Origin: an uncultured Gemmatimonadales bacterium
Lineage (GTDB): Bacteria; Gemmatimonadota; Gemmatimonadetes; Gemmatimonadales; GWC2-71-9
NCBI GenBank assembly: GCA_963844035.1
Contig: CAWJMT010000003.1
Location: forward strand, 32,001-96,000
Direction: 5' to 3'
Length of the DNA stretch: 64,000 bases
Part shown: one piece after another, positions 13,433 to 23,859 of the stretch
Layout: each line of letters opens with the position of its first letter
Numbering within the stretch: the stretch's first letter is position 1
Position numbers and translations under genes: made by a program
The notes under the pieces: generated by a model
What the model was told of the DNA's origin: nothing
The model's database searches: none
The model's input: the letters and a program-made list of their open reading frames with translations, nothing else

Positions 13433-13779
13433 CGGCCGCCCCGTTCGAGCGCGCCCTCGACCGGATCTCGCGGGTCCGCGGTGTCCGCGGCTCGATGTTC
13501 GTCTCCGCCGACGACGGCCTGGTGGTGGCGGAGCTCCTGATGGAGGGCGTCAACGGCGGCGGTCGCCGCGCTCGCCGCCTGCCTCGCCACCGGCTGGGGC
13601 GGGCGATGGAAGCGGCGGGGATCGGCCGCAGCGTGTTCTGGCACCTCCAGGGGACCGACGGCACGCTGCTCGTCGTCCCGGCGGCGCCGGGATCCTCGTG
13701 GTCGCGGTCACCGAACCGCGACGTGAACGTCGGGCTGTGCGGCTCGAGATGCTGCGCGCCGCGGAGGCGGTGGCGATGA
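13429..13779 (+). CDS. Roadblock/LC7 protein (MglC-like)
   Basis: VRGVRGSMFVSADDGLVV...AVAALAA...LVVAV..DVNVGL.RLEM. Confidence 0.82.
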   Translation: MTAAPFERALDRISRVRGVRGSMFVSADDGLVVAELLMEGVNGGGRRARRLPRHRLGRAMEAAGIGRSVFWHLQGTDGTLLVVPAAPGSSWSRSPNRDVNVGLCGSRCCAPRRRWR

Positions 13780-14251
13780 CGACCACGGTCGTCGAGCCCT
13801 GGACGCACGAGCCGCTGCAGCGGTTCGTGGGCGCAGGCGAGCGCGCGGCTGGTGGTGCGTCATGACGCCGGCGGGGCAGGTGCTGGCCCAGCACGGCTTC
13901 GCGCGGGCGGTGGACCTGATGTCGGCGTGCGGCGCTCGGCGCGGCGATCATGGCGTCGTCGGCGGCGCTCGCGCGAGCTGCTGGGCGAGCCGCCGTTCGG
14001 CGCCCTGTTCCACGCGGGCGAGCGCCACGGCATCCATCTCGGCGCGGTGCCCACGACCCCGCGGGACCGGCTGGTCGCGCTGACGGTGTTCGGCCGGGAG
14101 ACGTCGATCGGGCTGGTGCAGCTCTTCTTCGAGCGAGTTCGCCGCGGCGCTCAAGGCCGCGGCGCCCGCGGAGCGGCGTCGCGGCCCGGTCCTCGCCGCG
14201 GACTTCGAGGCGGAGCTGAGCCGCAGTCTCGACTCGCTCTTCGGCAGGTGA
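13776..14251 (+). CDS. mglB: MglB-like Roadblock GAP with acidic C-terminal helix
   Basis: AGQVLAQHG..ALGAAIMASS..LLGEPPFGALFHAGE..VFGRETSIGLV..DFEAELSRSLDSLFGR; lies immediately upstream of mglA. Confidence 0.83.
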
Positions 14252-14255
14252 GCCC

Positions 14256-14873
14256 ATGTCGCTCGTGAACTTCACGACGCGCGAGATCACCTGCAAGATC
14301 GTCTACTACGGGCCGGGGCGGTCGGGGAAGACGACCAACCTGCAGTACATCTACGGCCAGGTCCCGGACGACGCGCCGCGGGCGCATGGTGTCGCTCGCC
14401 ACCCAGACCGACCGCACGCTGTTCTTCGACTTCCTGCCGCTCGATCTCGGCGTCGATCTCGGGGTTCACGACCAAGTTCCAGCTGTACACGGTGCCCGGG
14501 CCAGGTCTACTACAACGCCACCCGCAAGCTGGTGCTGCAGGGCGCCGACGGCGTGGTGTTCGTGGCCGACAGCCAGGCGCGCCAGCTCGACGAGAACATC
14601 GAGAGCCTGCAGAACCTCCAGCGAGAACCTGCTCGAGCACGGGCGTCGACATCCGCACGCTGCCGATGGTGCTGCAGTACAACAAGCAGGACCTGCCCGC
14701 GCGACCTCATCCTCGCGCCCGGCGGAGCTCGACGACGCGCTCAACTTCCGCGCGCTGCCCGAGCTTCCCGGCCGACGCCCTGCACGGGCGCGGGCGTGTT
14801 CGAGACGCTGAAGGCGATCAGCGCCGAGGTGCTGCGCAAGCTGAGCCAGCGCGCGCCGGGGCGGCACGGCTGA
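14256..14873 (+). CDS. mglA: MglA small Ras-like GTPase (Myxococcus/Thermus group 1 type)
   Basis: [74 protein letters not shown]. Confidence 0.95.
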   Translation: MSLVNFTTREITCKIVYYGPGRSGKTTNLQYIYGQVPDDAPRAHGVARHPDRPHAVLRLPAARSRRRSRGSRPSSSCTRCPGQVYYNATRKLVLQGADGVVFVADSQARQLDENIESLQNLQREPARARASTSARCRWCCSTTSRTCPRDLILAPGGARRRAQLPRAARASRPTPCTGAGVFETLKAISAEVLRKLSQRAPGRHG

Positions 14874-14874
14874 C

Positions 14875-16842
14875 GTGGACCTGAACCCGCGCTTCCAGTT
14901 CGAGACCTTCGTCGTCGGCGCGAGCAACCGGCTCGCCGCGACGGCGGCGCGCGCGTCGCCGAGTCGCCGGGCGACGGCCTACAACCCGCTGTTCATCTAC
15001 GGCGGGTCGGGGCTGGGCAAGACGCACCTGCTGCAGGCCATCGGCCACGCGGCGCTCGAGCAGCAGCCCGGCGCTCCGCGTCGAGTACGTGACGCTCGAG
15101 GAGTTCGTCGAGCAGTTCCACGCCGCGGTCGCCGCGGGGCAGGGCGACGCCTTCCGCCGCAGCGTCGCAGGAGTCGGACGTGCTCCTCCTCGACGACGTG
15201 CAGTTCCTCGACGAACGCAACGCGAGATGCAGGCGGAGCTGCTCCGGCTCACCGAGGCGCTGCAGGCGGCCGGCCGGCAGATCGTGCTGACCAGCGACCG
15301 CCCGCCGGCCGAGATCGCGCGACCTCGACGAGCGGCTGATCTCGCGGCTCTCCGGCGGCCTCGCTGGTGGACATCGCGGCGCCCGACTACGAGACGCGCG
15401 TCGCCATCCTGCGGCGCAAGGCGGAGGAGCGCGGCGTCGACGTTCCCGCCGGGCGTGCTCGAGGCGGTGGCGGGCGGCGCGATCCAGAACGTGCGCGAGC
15501 TGATGGGCGCGCTGAACCGGCTCGATCGCCTTCCAGGCGGTGAGCGAGGCGCCGCTCACGCCGAGGGCGCGCCGCGCTGCTCGGCCTGTCGCTGCCCGCG
15601 AGCACGGCGGCCGCGCGCGGCGGCCGCCGCGCGCCGCGCCAGGCGGACGAGTTCGCCGCGTTCCTGCAGGACGTGACCGCCACCGTGGCGCAGAGCGGTC
15701 GAAGCGTGGCGCGCGCGCGTCGGCGAGGCGGTCGTGCGCTGGCAGGGCGAGGGCTACCGCACGCGCCGGCTGGAGGCGCTCCTCGAGCGACGACACCCCC
15801 GGCGCGGTGGACGACGTGATCGCGGCGTTCGCAGGCGGACGTCGAGCGGCTGCGCGCGCTCGGGCCGAGGTCGCCGCGCTCGACCCGCCAGGCCGCGGGG
15901 CACGCCATGTTCCGCGACCCGGACCGCCTGGCGGAGGCGCGAGGCCGCGGCGGCCACCGTGCAGGCGGGCGTCGGCGCCGCCCCCCGGCCCCTCGGAGGC
16001 GTTTACGCTTCGCGGCGTTCATCGTGGGGGCGGCGAACCAGGTGGCCGTGCGCGCGGCGCACGCGGTGCTCGACGCAGCCCGGCAGCGCTACAACCCGCT
16101 CGTCATCGACCGGGCCGAGCGGCGTCGGCAAGACGCACCTGCTTGCACGCGATCGGCAACGAGCTCGCCGAAGGCGCGGCCGGCGCCGTCGTCGCCTGCT
16201 TCTCCACCCAGGCGTTCATCGACGAGCTCATCGCCGCCATCGACGGCGACCGGGTCGATTGGTGGCGCGCGCGCTACCGGCGGCGCCGACCGCGCTGCTG
16301 CTCGACGACGTGCAGCTGCTCGCCGGGAAGGAGCGGACGCAGGAGGAGCTGTTCAACCTGTTCAACCTGCTGCACGACGGGGAGCGCCAGCTGGTGTTCA
16401 CGCCGCCGGCCCATCCCAGCACGCTCGTGGGCGTGGAGCAGCGCCTCGGCTCGCGGCTCGAGGGCGGCCTCGTGGTGGAGCTGGCGGCGCCGGACCGCGA
16501 CGTGCGGCGCGCGGTGCTCGACCGCCTGCTCGCGCAGCACGAGCGTCGAGTCCCGACGCCGCGCTGCGCGACTACCTCGCCGACCGCCCGGTGGATTCGG
16601 TCCGCAGCCGTGCGGCGTGGTGCAGCGCGTGATGAACGCCGCGGCGGACGCCGGATCGAGCCGCTCAGCGTCGCCGCTCGCGCGCGAAGTCCTGGAGGGA
16701 CGGCCCGCCGCGTCCGGGCGCGCAACGGGCGGCCTCCGCACCAGCGGTCCGATCGTGTCGAGCCGGGCGGCTCCGCAGCCGCGAGAAGGTCGTGTGGGAC
16801 TGGCCCGACGTCGCCGACCGGCTGATCGAGGAGCTGCGCTGA
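14875..16842 (+). CDS. Tandem DnaA-like AAA+ protein (two domain-III modules; no domain I or IV)
   Basis: Module 1: [59 protein letters not shown]. Module 2: [61 protein letters not shown]. Ends [15 protein letters not shown]. Confidence 0.85.
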
Positions 16843-18482
16843 TGGCCATCAAGGGCAGCCTCAAGGAGGCGCAGCCTCCCCGACGTGCTCCAGCTGCTGG
16901 CGATGGGCCAGAAGACCGGCTGCCTGTCGGTCGCCGACCGCAGCAACTTCGGCTACATCTACTTCGAGAAGGGCCGCATCACCTACGCGTCGATCGTCAA
17001 CCGGCGCGACCGGCTCGGCGACATCCTGGTCAAGAACGGCCGCATCACCCAGGAGCAGCTCGAGGCGGCGGTGCGACCGCCAGGCGCACGACCGCGACAA
17101 GCGCTCGGCGAGATCCTGCTGGTCGAGCATGGGTGCATCACGCGGCCGGACCTCGAGCGCTACATGCGCGTGCAGATCGAGGAGGCCGTCTACTACCTGT
17201 TCACCTGGACGCAGCGGCACGTTCAACTTCGAGGCGGACGTCCGGCCCGAGCGCGCAGGACTTCCTCGTGTCGCATCAGCCCCGAGTCGCTGCTGCTCGA
17301 GGGGGCGCGGCGGGTGGACGAGTGGAGCCTCATCGAGAAGAAGATCCCGACGTTCGACCTGATCTTCGTCGTGGAGCGCGACCGGCTGGCGATCGTCCGG
17401 GCGTCACGCTCAACGCCGGAGCAGGAGCGCATCCTGCCGCTGCTCGACGGCACGCGCGACGTGAACGCAGGTCATCGAGGACTCGGGGCTGCTCGAGTTC
17501 GACGTCGGCAAGGCGCTGTACGGCCTGATCACCGCCGGCTTCGCGCACCGGCTCGGGCCGCACCGCGTCGACCGGTGGACGCGCCTGTCGACGGACGCCC
17601 GCGTCGAGGAGCACCGCAATCTCGGGCGTCGCCTTCTACAAGACGGCGATGTTCGACGAGGCCGCGCGCGAGTTCCGCCGGGTGGTGGAGCTGCGGCCCG
17701 GCGACAGCGAGCGCGCACTTCTTCCTCGGGCTCGTGGCGCTGCGCCAGGCCCGCTGGCGCGAGGCGGTGGACGCGCTGCGGCACGCGGCGGAGCAGGGCG
17801 GCAGCCGGCCCGCGGTGCTGCACAACCTGGCCGTGGCCTGGAGCAGATGGGCCGGCTCGCCGAGGCGGAGGCGGCGTACGCCGAGGCGGCCGCCGCGCGC
17901 CACGACCGACGCGCGCATCTCCCTCGGCTGGGGCATCGTCGCGCTCAAGCAGGGCGACTTCGCGAGCGCCGCCGGACGCGCTCGACCGCGCCAAGGAGCT
18001 GTTCGGCGACGATCCCGCCCGCCGACGTGGTACTGGGCGCGCGACCCTCGCCGCGGCGTCGGCGCGGCGAGTTCGAGCTGGCGGACGCGCTCGCCGACGA
18101 AGGGGTCGGAGCGCGTATCCCTCGCACGCGGTCGCTGCGCAACAACCTCGCCGTGCTGAGCGAGCTCGGGGGCGACCTCGCGCGGGCGGAGGAGCTGATG
18201 CGCGGCGCCCGCAGGAGGACCCGTCGCTGCCGCAGCTCTCGAAGAACCTCGGCGACCTCGCCTACCGGGCGGCGCGCTACGACGAGGCGCAGGAGGCGTA
18301 CGACCGGGCGATCAAGCTCGCCCCGCGCCTCGGCGACGACGTGTACTTCAAGCTCGGCAACATCGCCTTCAAGCGCAGGCGACCGCGAGCGGCGGCGCAG
18401 CTGCTGGCGCGAGGCGCTCGCGCTCAATCCGAAGCACGAGCTCGCCAAGGCCAACCTCGACACCTTGAGCGCGTTGTCGTGA
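16842..18482 (+). CDS. DUF4388 + MshEN-like + winged-helix-like + TPR protein (paralog of 11439)
   Basis: [73 protein letters not shown]; several TPRs. Confidence 0.88.
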
Positions 18483-19309
18483 CGAGCGACCACCGGATGA
18501 GCCGCGCTGCAGGCGCTCACCGAGAAGATCTCCCGGGCGCGCGGCGTCGCTGCGGAGCTACAAGGACAAGTGCCTGCGGCGCCGCCTCGCGGTGCGGATG
18601 CGGGCGCGCGGCGTGCACACCTTCGACGAGTACGCGACGGTGCTCGACGCGCGACGCCGAGGAGTACGACCGGCTGCTCGACAGCGCTCACGATCAACGT
18701 CACCAAGTTCTTCCGCAACCCCGAGACGTTCGCGGTGCTGCGCGCCCGTGTGGTGCCGGCGCTGTGGCGCGCGCGGCACGGACGCATGCGCGTCTGGTCG
18801 GCCGGCTGCGCGTCGGGCGAGGAGCCCTACACCCTCGCGGTCGCGCTGGCGGAGACGGCGCGCGGCCTCCACGAGATGACTGCTGGCGCGCGTCCGCATC
18901 GACGCGACCGACCTCGATCGCGGCGAGCCTGGAGCGCACGCGCGCGGGCCAGTTCCCCGCAGAGCACCTTCAGCGAGATGCCGGCGGAGCTCGCGCGAGC
19001 GGTACTTCACCGCCGGGCCGCCGTACCGCGCCGGCCGCTGCCGGCGCTGGAGCGGATCGTGCGCGTGCGCCGCCACGACCTCACGCGCGAGCCGCCCCCC
19101 GAACCGCCCTACGACCTGATCGTCTGCCGCAACGTGGTGATCTACTTCGACCGGCCGATGCAGGAGCGGCTGTTCCAGACGCTTCGTCGAGGCGCTCGTG
19201 CCCGGCGGCATCCTGCTGCTCGGCAAGGTCGAGACGCTGCGTCGGGCCCGCGCGCGAGCGCCTCAAGCTCGAGGACCCGCGCGAGCGGATCTACCGCCGG
19301 CCCGCATGA
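18479..19309 (+). CDS. cheR: CheR methyltransferase
   Basis: LTINVTKFFRN, RVWSAGCASGEEPYTLA, HDL, DLIVCRNVVIYFD, GGILLLGKVE. Confidence 0.94.
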   Translation: MTSDHRMSRAAGAHREDLPGARRRCGATRTSACGAASRCGCGRAACTPSTSTRRCSTRDAEEYDRLLDSAHDQRHQVLPQPRDVRGAARPCGAGAVARAARTHARLVGRLRVGRGALHPRGRAGGDGARPPRDDCWRASASTRPTSIAASLERTRAGQFPAEHLQRDAGGARASGTSPPGRRTAPAAAGAGADRARAPPRPHARAAPRTALRPDRLPQRGDLLRPADAGAAVPDASSRRSCPAASCCSARSRRCVGPARERLKLEDPRERIYRRPA

Positions 19310-19808
19310 CCACGCCGGCCGCCAAGGAAACGATCGTGCGCGTGGCGGACTGGGCCGCGAAGCGCGGCGACGAGGCGCTCGTGACCCTCGGCCTGGGCTC
19401 GTGCGTCGCCATCGTGCTGCACGACCCGCAGACGTGGGTCGGCGGCCTGGCGCACATTCTGCTGCCCTCCCGCAGCCTCGCCCGCGACACGCACCAACCC
19501 GGCGAAGTTCCCGGAGACCGCGCGTGCCGTTCCTGGTCGAGCAGCTGCGAGGCGCTGGGCGCCGATCCGCGCCGCATCGTGGCCAAGCTCGCGGGCGGCG
19601 CGAGCATGTTCGCGCAGCTGATGACGCCCGGGTCGATGCAGATGGGCGAGCGCAATCTGGCCGCCACCCGCAGCGCGCTGCGCGGCGGCGCGCGATCCCG
19701 CTCGCGGGCGAAGCGGTCGGGGGCGAGGCCGGCCGCTCGGTGCGCTTCTTCGTCGCCGACGGCCGGGTCGAGGTCCGCTCCGTGGGAGCCGGTGTCGTCT
19801 GCATCTGA
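19306..19808 (+). CDS. cheD: CheD receptor glutamine deamidase
   Basis: TLGLGSCVAIVLHD..GGLAHILLP (catalytic Cys/His), AKLAGGASMF, MGERN, VGGEAGRSV. Confidence 0.93.
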
Positions 19809-20892
19809 CGCGCGCCCCACCGTCCTGGTCGTGGACGACAGCGCGCTGATGCGCCGCGTGCTGTCGGACATCTGGGCGGTCGGCGGCCGCCGGGGAGTTC
19901 CGCGTGGTGGCGACGGCGCGCAACGGCCTCGACGCGCTGCGCAAGGTGCACGCAGCTACGAGCCCGACCTCGTGACGATGGACATCGAGATGCCGGAGCT
20001 CGACGGCCTCGGCGCCATCGGCTACATCATGCGCGAGGCGCCGCGGCCGATCGTCGTGGTGAGCGCGCACGGGCGGGCCCGGAACCGCCGAGGCGATCCG
20101 CGCCCTCGAGCTCGGCGCGGTGGACCTGGTCGCCAAGCCGGAGGAGGCCGACGCGCACGGCGCTGGAGCGCTCGGGCCGCGGCTCCTCGGCGCGGTGCGG
20201 CGCGCGCTCGCGGCCGACGGTCCCGCGTGCCGATGCTGGCGCGCCCGCCGGCCCGCCGTGCGGCACGCGCTCGAGACGGGCCTGCGGCCGCGCGCCCGCG
20301 TCGTGGCCCGATCGCCGCGTCGACCGGCGGGCCCCGCGCGCTCGCGGAGGTGGTGCCCGCGCATGCCCCGCGGGCCGGCACGCGCGGTGCTCGTCGTGCA
20401 GCACATGCCGCCCGGGTTCACGCGCAGCCTCGCCGAGCGTCTCGACCGCATGAGCCCGCTGCGCGTCGTCGAGGCGGAGCACGGCGCGCCGGTGGTCGAG
20501 GACACAGCGTACGTCGCGCCGGGCGACTATCACATGCGGGTGACGGCCGCGCACGACGGTCCGCAGATCGCGCTCGACCAGGGCCCGCCCATCTGGGGCG
20601 TGCGTCCCGCCGCCGACCCGCTCTTCCGCTCCGTGGCCGCAGCTGTTCGGCGCCCGCGGCCTGGGCGTCGTGCTCACCGGGATGGGCCGCGACGGCGCCG
20701 AGGGGCTGCGCGCGATTCACGACGCGGGCGGCACGCGGCCTCGCGCAGGACCGCGAAACCTCGATCATCTACGGGATGCCGCACGGCGGCGGTGCAGGCC
20801 GGCGGGCGCGGACGCGGTGCTGCCCCTCGGACAGGTCGCCGATCGCATTGCGTCCGAGCTGCTGCGCCGCGACCCGGTGGCCCGCGCGATGA
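19792..20892 (+). CDS. cheB: CheB methylesterase with receiver domain
   Basis: [59 protein letters not shown]. Confidence 0.94.
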   Translation: MSSASDARPTVLVVDDSALMRRVLSDIWAVGGRRGVPRGGDGAQRPRRAAQGARSYEPDLVTMDIEMPELDGLGAIGYIMREAPRPIVVVSAHGRARNRRGDPRPRARRGGPGRQAGGGRRARRWSARAAAPRRGAARARGRRSRVPMLARPPARRAARARDGPAAARPRRGPIAASTGGPRALAEVVPAHAPRAGTRGARRAAHAARVHAQPRRASRPHEPAARRRGGARRAGGRGHSVRRAGRLSHAGDGRARRSADRARPGPAHLGRASRRRPALPLRGRSCSAPAAWASCSPGWAATAPRGCARFTTRAARGLAQDRETSIIYGMPHGGGAGRRARTRCCPSDRSPIALRPSCCAATRWPAR

Positions 20893-21306
20893 GCCGCGGG
20901 CTACCTGCTGGTGCAGGTCGGACGGCGCGCGCTACGGCCTCGCCGCTCGAGCGCGTGCTGCAGGTGGACGACCTGGGCGAGGTGCTGGAGGTGCCGCGCG
21001 TGCTGCCCGCGATGCGCGGGGTCACGCCGCTGCAACGGCACGTCTGGTGCCGCTGATCCACCTGGGCGCGCTGCTCGGCAACCGCCGCCGCCGGCCCGGC
21101 GCGGGACGGCCACCGTGCTCGTGGACCTGGGCGGCCGGGCGCGCTGGTCGCCCTCGAGGTGGACGACGCCGACGAGGTCGTGCGCGAGGCGGTGCTGCCC
21201 GCGCCGCCCGGCGAGTCGCCTGCCGTGGGCGTCCGGGGTGGCGCGGCGCGAGGGGACCCTCGTGCCGATCCTGGACTGGGACGTTCTGGAGGAGCGCATC
21301 AAGTGA
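20889..21306 (+). CDS. cheW: CheW-like protein 2
   Basis: [47 protein letters not shown]. Confidence 0.78.
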
Positions 21307-21781
21307 CCACCAGGGGACGACGTCCAGGTCGTCGTCTTCCGGCTGGCCGGCCAGGAGTTCGCCTTCAACATCTTCCAGGTGGAGCGGATCCTCCGCTACG
21401 AGGCGGCGGCACCGCTCCCCAAGGCACCGCGAGTTCCTCGAGGGGGTGCTCCAGTACAGGGCGCGCGTCGTCCCGCTCATCGACCTGCGCAAGCGCCTCA
21501 GCGTGGCGGCGCCGATCGAGGAGGAGACGCGCACGGTGATCCTCGAGTCGGAGGGCGCGAAGATCGGGGTGGTGGTGGACGCGGTCACCGAGGTGCTCCA
21601 GGTCGCGGCGTCCGAGATCACGCCGCCGTCCAAGGTCGTCCACGGACTGGCGGCGGAGTACATCAGCGGGCTCGTGGTGAAGGACGGGCGCACGATCATC
21701 GTGCTCCAGACCGGCCAGCTCCTGAACGCCAAGGAGAACATGGCGCTCGAGGCAGTGCTCCCCAAGGCCAAGGCATCATGA
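21303..21781 (+). CDS. cheW: CheW protein 3
   Basis: [55 protein letters not shown]. Confidence 0.9.
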
Positions 21782-22643
21782 GCGAGTCCCCGATCGGGGC
21801 GCTGCGCGGCGGAGTACGACGCGATCGCCCGCCGGCTCGACAGCGCGACCGCCGCGGCCGAGCGCGACGTCGTCAAGCGCGACATCATCGCGCTACTTCA
21901 AGCAGGTGGACACGCTCATCACCGAGCTGGCGGAGCTGAAGGAGGACATCCGCAAGCTCGTCGAGCGCTACAAGCAGATCGCGGCGTCGACGGCGGAGGC
22001 CTCGGCGCCGGAGTTCACGAGCGCCCGGCCGGCGATTCACGCCGACCACATCGGCGCCTCGACCTTCATCGAGAAGGGCTGGAGCCTCATCTCGCTCGGC
22101 GATCACGCCGGCGCGGTGCAGGCGCTCCAGAAGGCGCTGAAGCTGTCGCCCGGCGAGACGCAGGCGGAGTCGCTGCTCGGCTGGGCGCAGATGCTGCACG
22201 AGGACTACGACGACGCGCTCCAGACCTTCCAGCGCGTGCTGCTGAAAGAGCCCGCCAATTCGCTCGCGCGCATCAACGTCGGGTACATCTGCCTCAAGAA
22301 GCGGATCTTCGGCGAGGCGATCGAGCACCTCTCGAAGGCGATCCGGCTCGACAACGACAAGAAGGCGACCCTGTACGCGCATTTCTACCTCGGGCTGGTG
22401 TACCTGCAGCGCGAGATGTACGAGGACGCTCAGACGTTTTTCGAGAAGACGCTGAAGCTCGGTCCGAACCTGATCGAGGCGTACTACGAGCTGGGGCGCG
22501 CGCGCTGGTTCGGGGGCGACCGCGAGGGCGCGCAGCGCACGTGGGAGGACGGCGCCAAGGCGAACAAATTCAATCCCTGGGGCAAGAAGTGTCAGGAGAC
22601 GCTGGACGCCATTCATAAGGGACAGGAGCCCCCGCGCATCTAG
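21778..22643 (+). CDS. Coiled-coil + TPR protein
   Basis: N-terminal heptads ([23 protein letters not shown]) followed by about 5 TPRs; last gene of the cluster. Confidence 0.82.
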
Positions 22644-22657
22644 TACTAGCGCTTCTG

Positions 22658-23511
22658 TTGCTGCTGCAGGTGCCCCCTCCCCAGGCGGTGACCGTCGGTC
22701 GCGTCACGGCGGTTGCCTGGCCGGGTCACGAGCCGCTCGCCGCGAGCCTGGCCACCGCCGCCGACCGCACGCCGCCGTTCCCCGGCATCGGCCCGCTGCC
22801 CGACCGCCCGATCCGGCTGATTCTCGCCCCGACGCGCGCCGTGTTCGATTCGCTCACCCACGGCCGCCTCCCCAAGTGGACCGAAGGAGCCGCGTTTCCG
22901 GATGCGGGCACGATCGTGCTGCTCACCGGTCGGCCCGCCCGACCGCCTGTCCGGCCCTCTGCGCCACGAGCTGGCGCATCTGGCGCTGCGCTGGCGGTTG
23001 AACCATCCGCCGCCGTTGTGGCTCGACGAAGGGTACGCCGCGTTCGCGGCCGGCGAATGGGGCCGGCTCGAAGCGCTGCGGCTCAACTGGCAGATCGCGC
23101 GCGGCGCGCGCATGAGCCTCGCCGACGTGGATCGCGCGCTCCGCTCCGACGCGGCCGACGCGCAGACGGCGTACGCACTCGCGACGACCGCGGTGCTGCT
23201 GCTCAACCGCTGGGGCGGCCCGCAGGGCCTGGCGCCGTTGATCGACCGGCTCGCCGAGCAGCCGACGTTCGACGCCGCGCTGCGCGCCACGTATCACGTC
23301 ACCGAGGGGGACTTCGAGACACGGTGGAGCGCGCGAGGTGGCCTCGCGGTACGGCTGGCTCTCGTGGGCGGGGGCGGTGGGGCTGTTCTGGGCGCTCCTG
23401 GCCCTGTTGCTCGTGTCGCTCGTGGTGATGCGGCGACGCCGCGATCGCGCCCGCAAGGCGCTGCTCGACGAGGGGTGGACGGTGCCGGAGGACGAGGGCC
23501 CAAGTGCTTGA
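22658..23511 (+). CDS. Peptidase MA/gluzincin-like membrane-anchored protein
   Basis: LRHELAHLAL (HExxH) with downstream WLDEGYA; C-terminal TM followed by RRRR; frameshifted. Confidence 0.72.
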
Positions 23512-23536
23512 CGAGTCTCGCATTGCGCGATAGACT
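23508..23536 (+). promoter_or_regulatory. Sigma70-like promoter TTGACG-17-TAGACT for the small gene and tRNA-Val
   Basis: Direct match with a 17-nt spacer, 9 nt before ATG 23546. Confidence 0.65.
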
Positions 23537-23545
23537 CCCCGCGCC

Positions 23546-23731
23546 ATGTCGGACTCGGGACTGCCGCACTCGCGGCTGCATTTCGGCAGGAAAAACTCCA
23601 TCGCGCTCGCAGCGGCCGCCGTGTCGCTGGCTGCGGGGTACTGGCTCTTATCGCGCGGCTCCACCACCGCGGCGCCGATCCTGCTCGTCCTGGGTTACTG
23701 CGTTTTCTTCCCGGTAGGCTTGGCCCGCTAA
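23546..23731 (+). CDS. Small two-TM membrane protein (DUF3098-like)
   Basis: FGRKNSIALAAA..AGYWLLSRGSTTAAPILLVLGYCVFFPVGL. Confidence 0.7.
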   Translation: MSDSGLPHSRLHFGRKNSIALAAAAVSLAAGYWLLSRGSTTAAPILLVLGYCVFFPVGLAR

Positions 23732-23749
23732 CGCGACACGCTGTGGGAC

Positions 23750-23824
23750 GGGCGAATAGCTCAGCTGGTTCAGAGCGCCTGCCTTACACGCAGGATGTCG
23801 GGGGTTCGAATCCCTCTTCGCCCA
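23750..23824 (+). tRNA. tRNA-Val(TAC)
   Basis: GGGCGAA/TTCGCCC acceptor stem; CCTGC-CTTACAC-GCAGG anticodon arm; GTTCGAATCC T-loop; CCA not encoded. Confidence 0.96.
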
Positions 23825-23859
23825 CTGGGACAAACCGGGTGCAACGGAGGATTGCCGGC

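Noticed and set aside
14875..16842. Calling this gene dnaA, or the region oriC
   Set aside because: No domain I or IV, duplicated ATPase module, no dnaN/gyrB neighbours, and no DnaA-box cluster or AT-rich unwinding element seen.
19198..21781. Apparent CheR-CheD-CheB-CheW fusions in the ORF track
   Set aside because: Artefacts of indels; each gene has its own overlapping start and stop (ATGA/GTGA).
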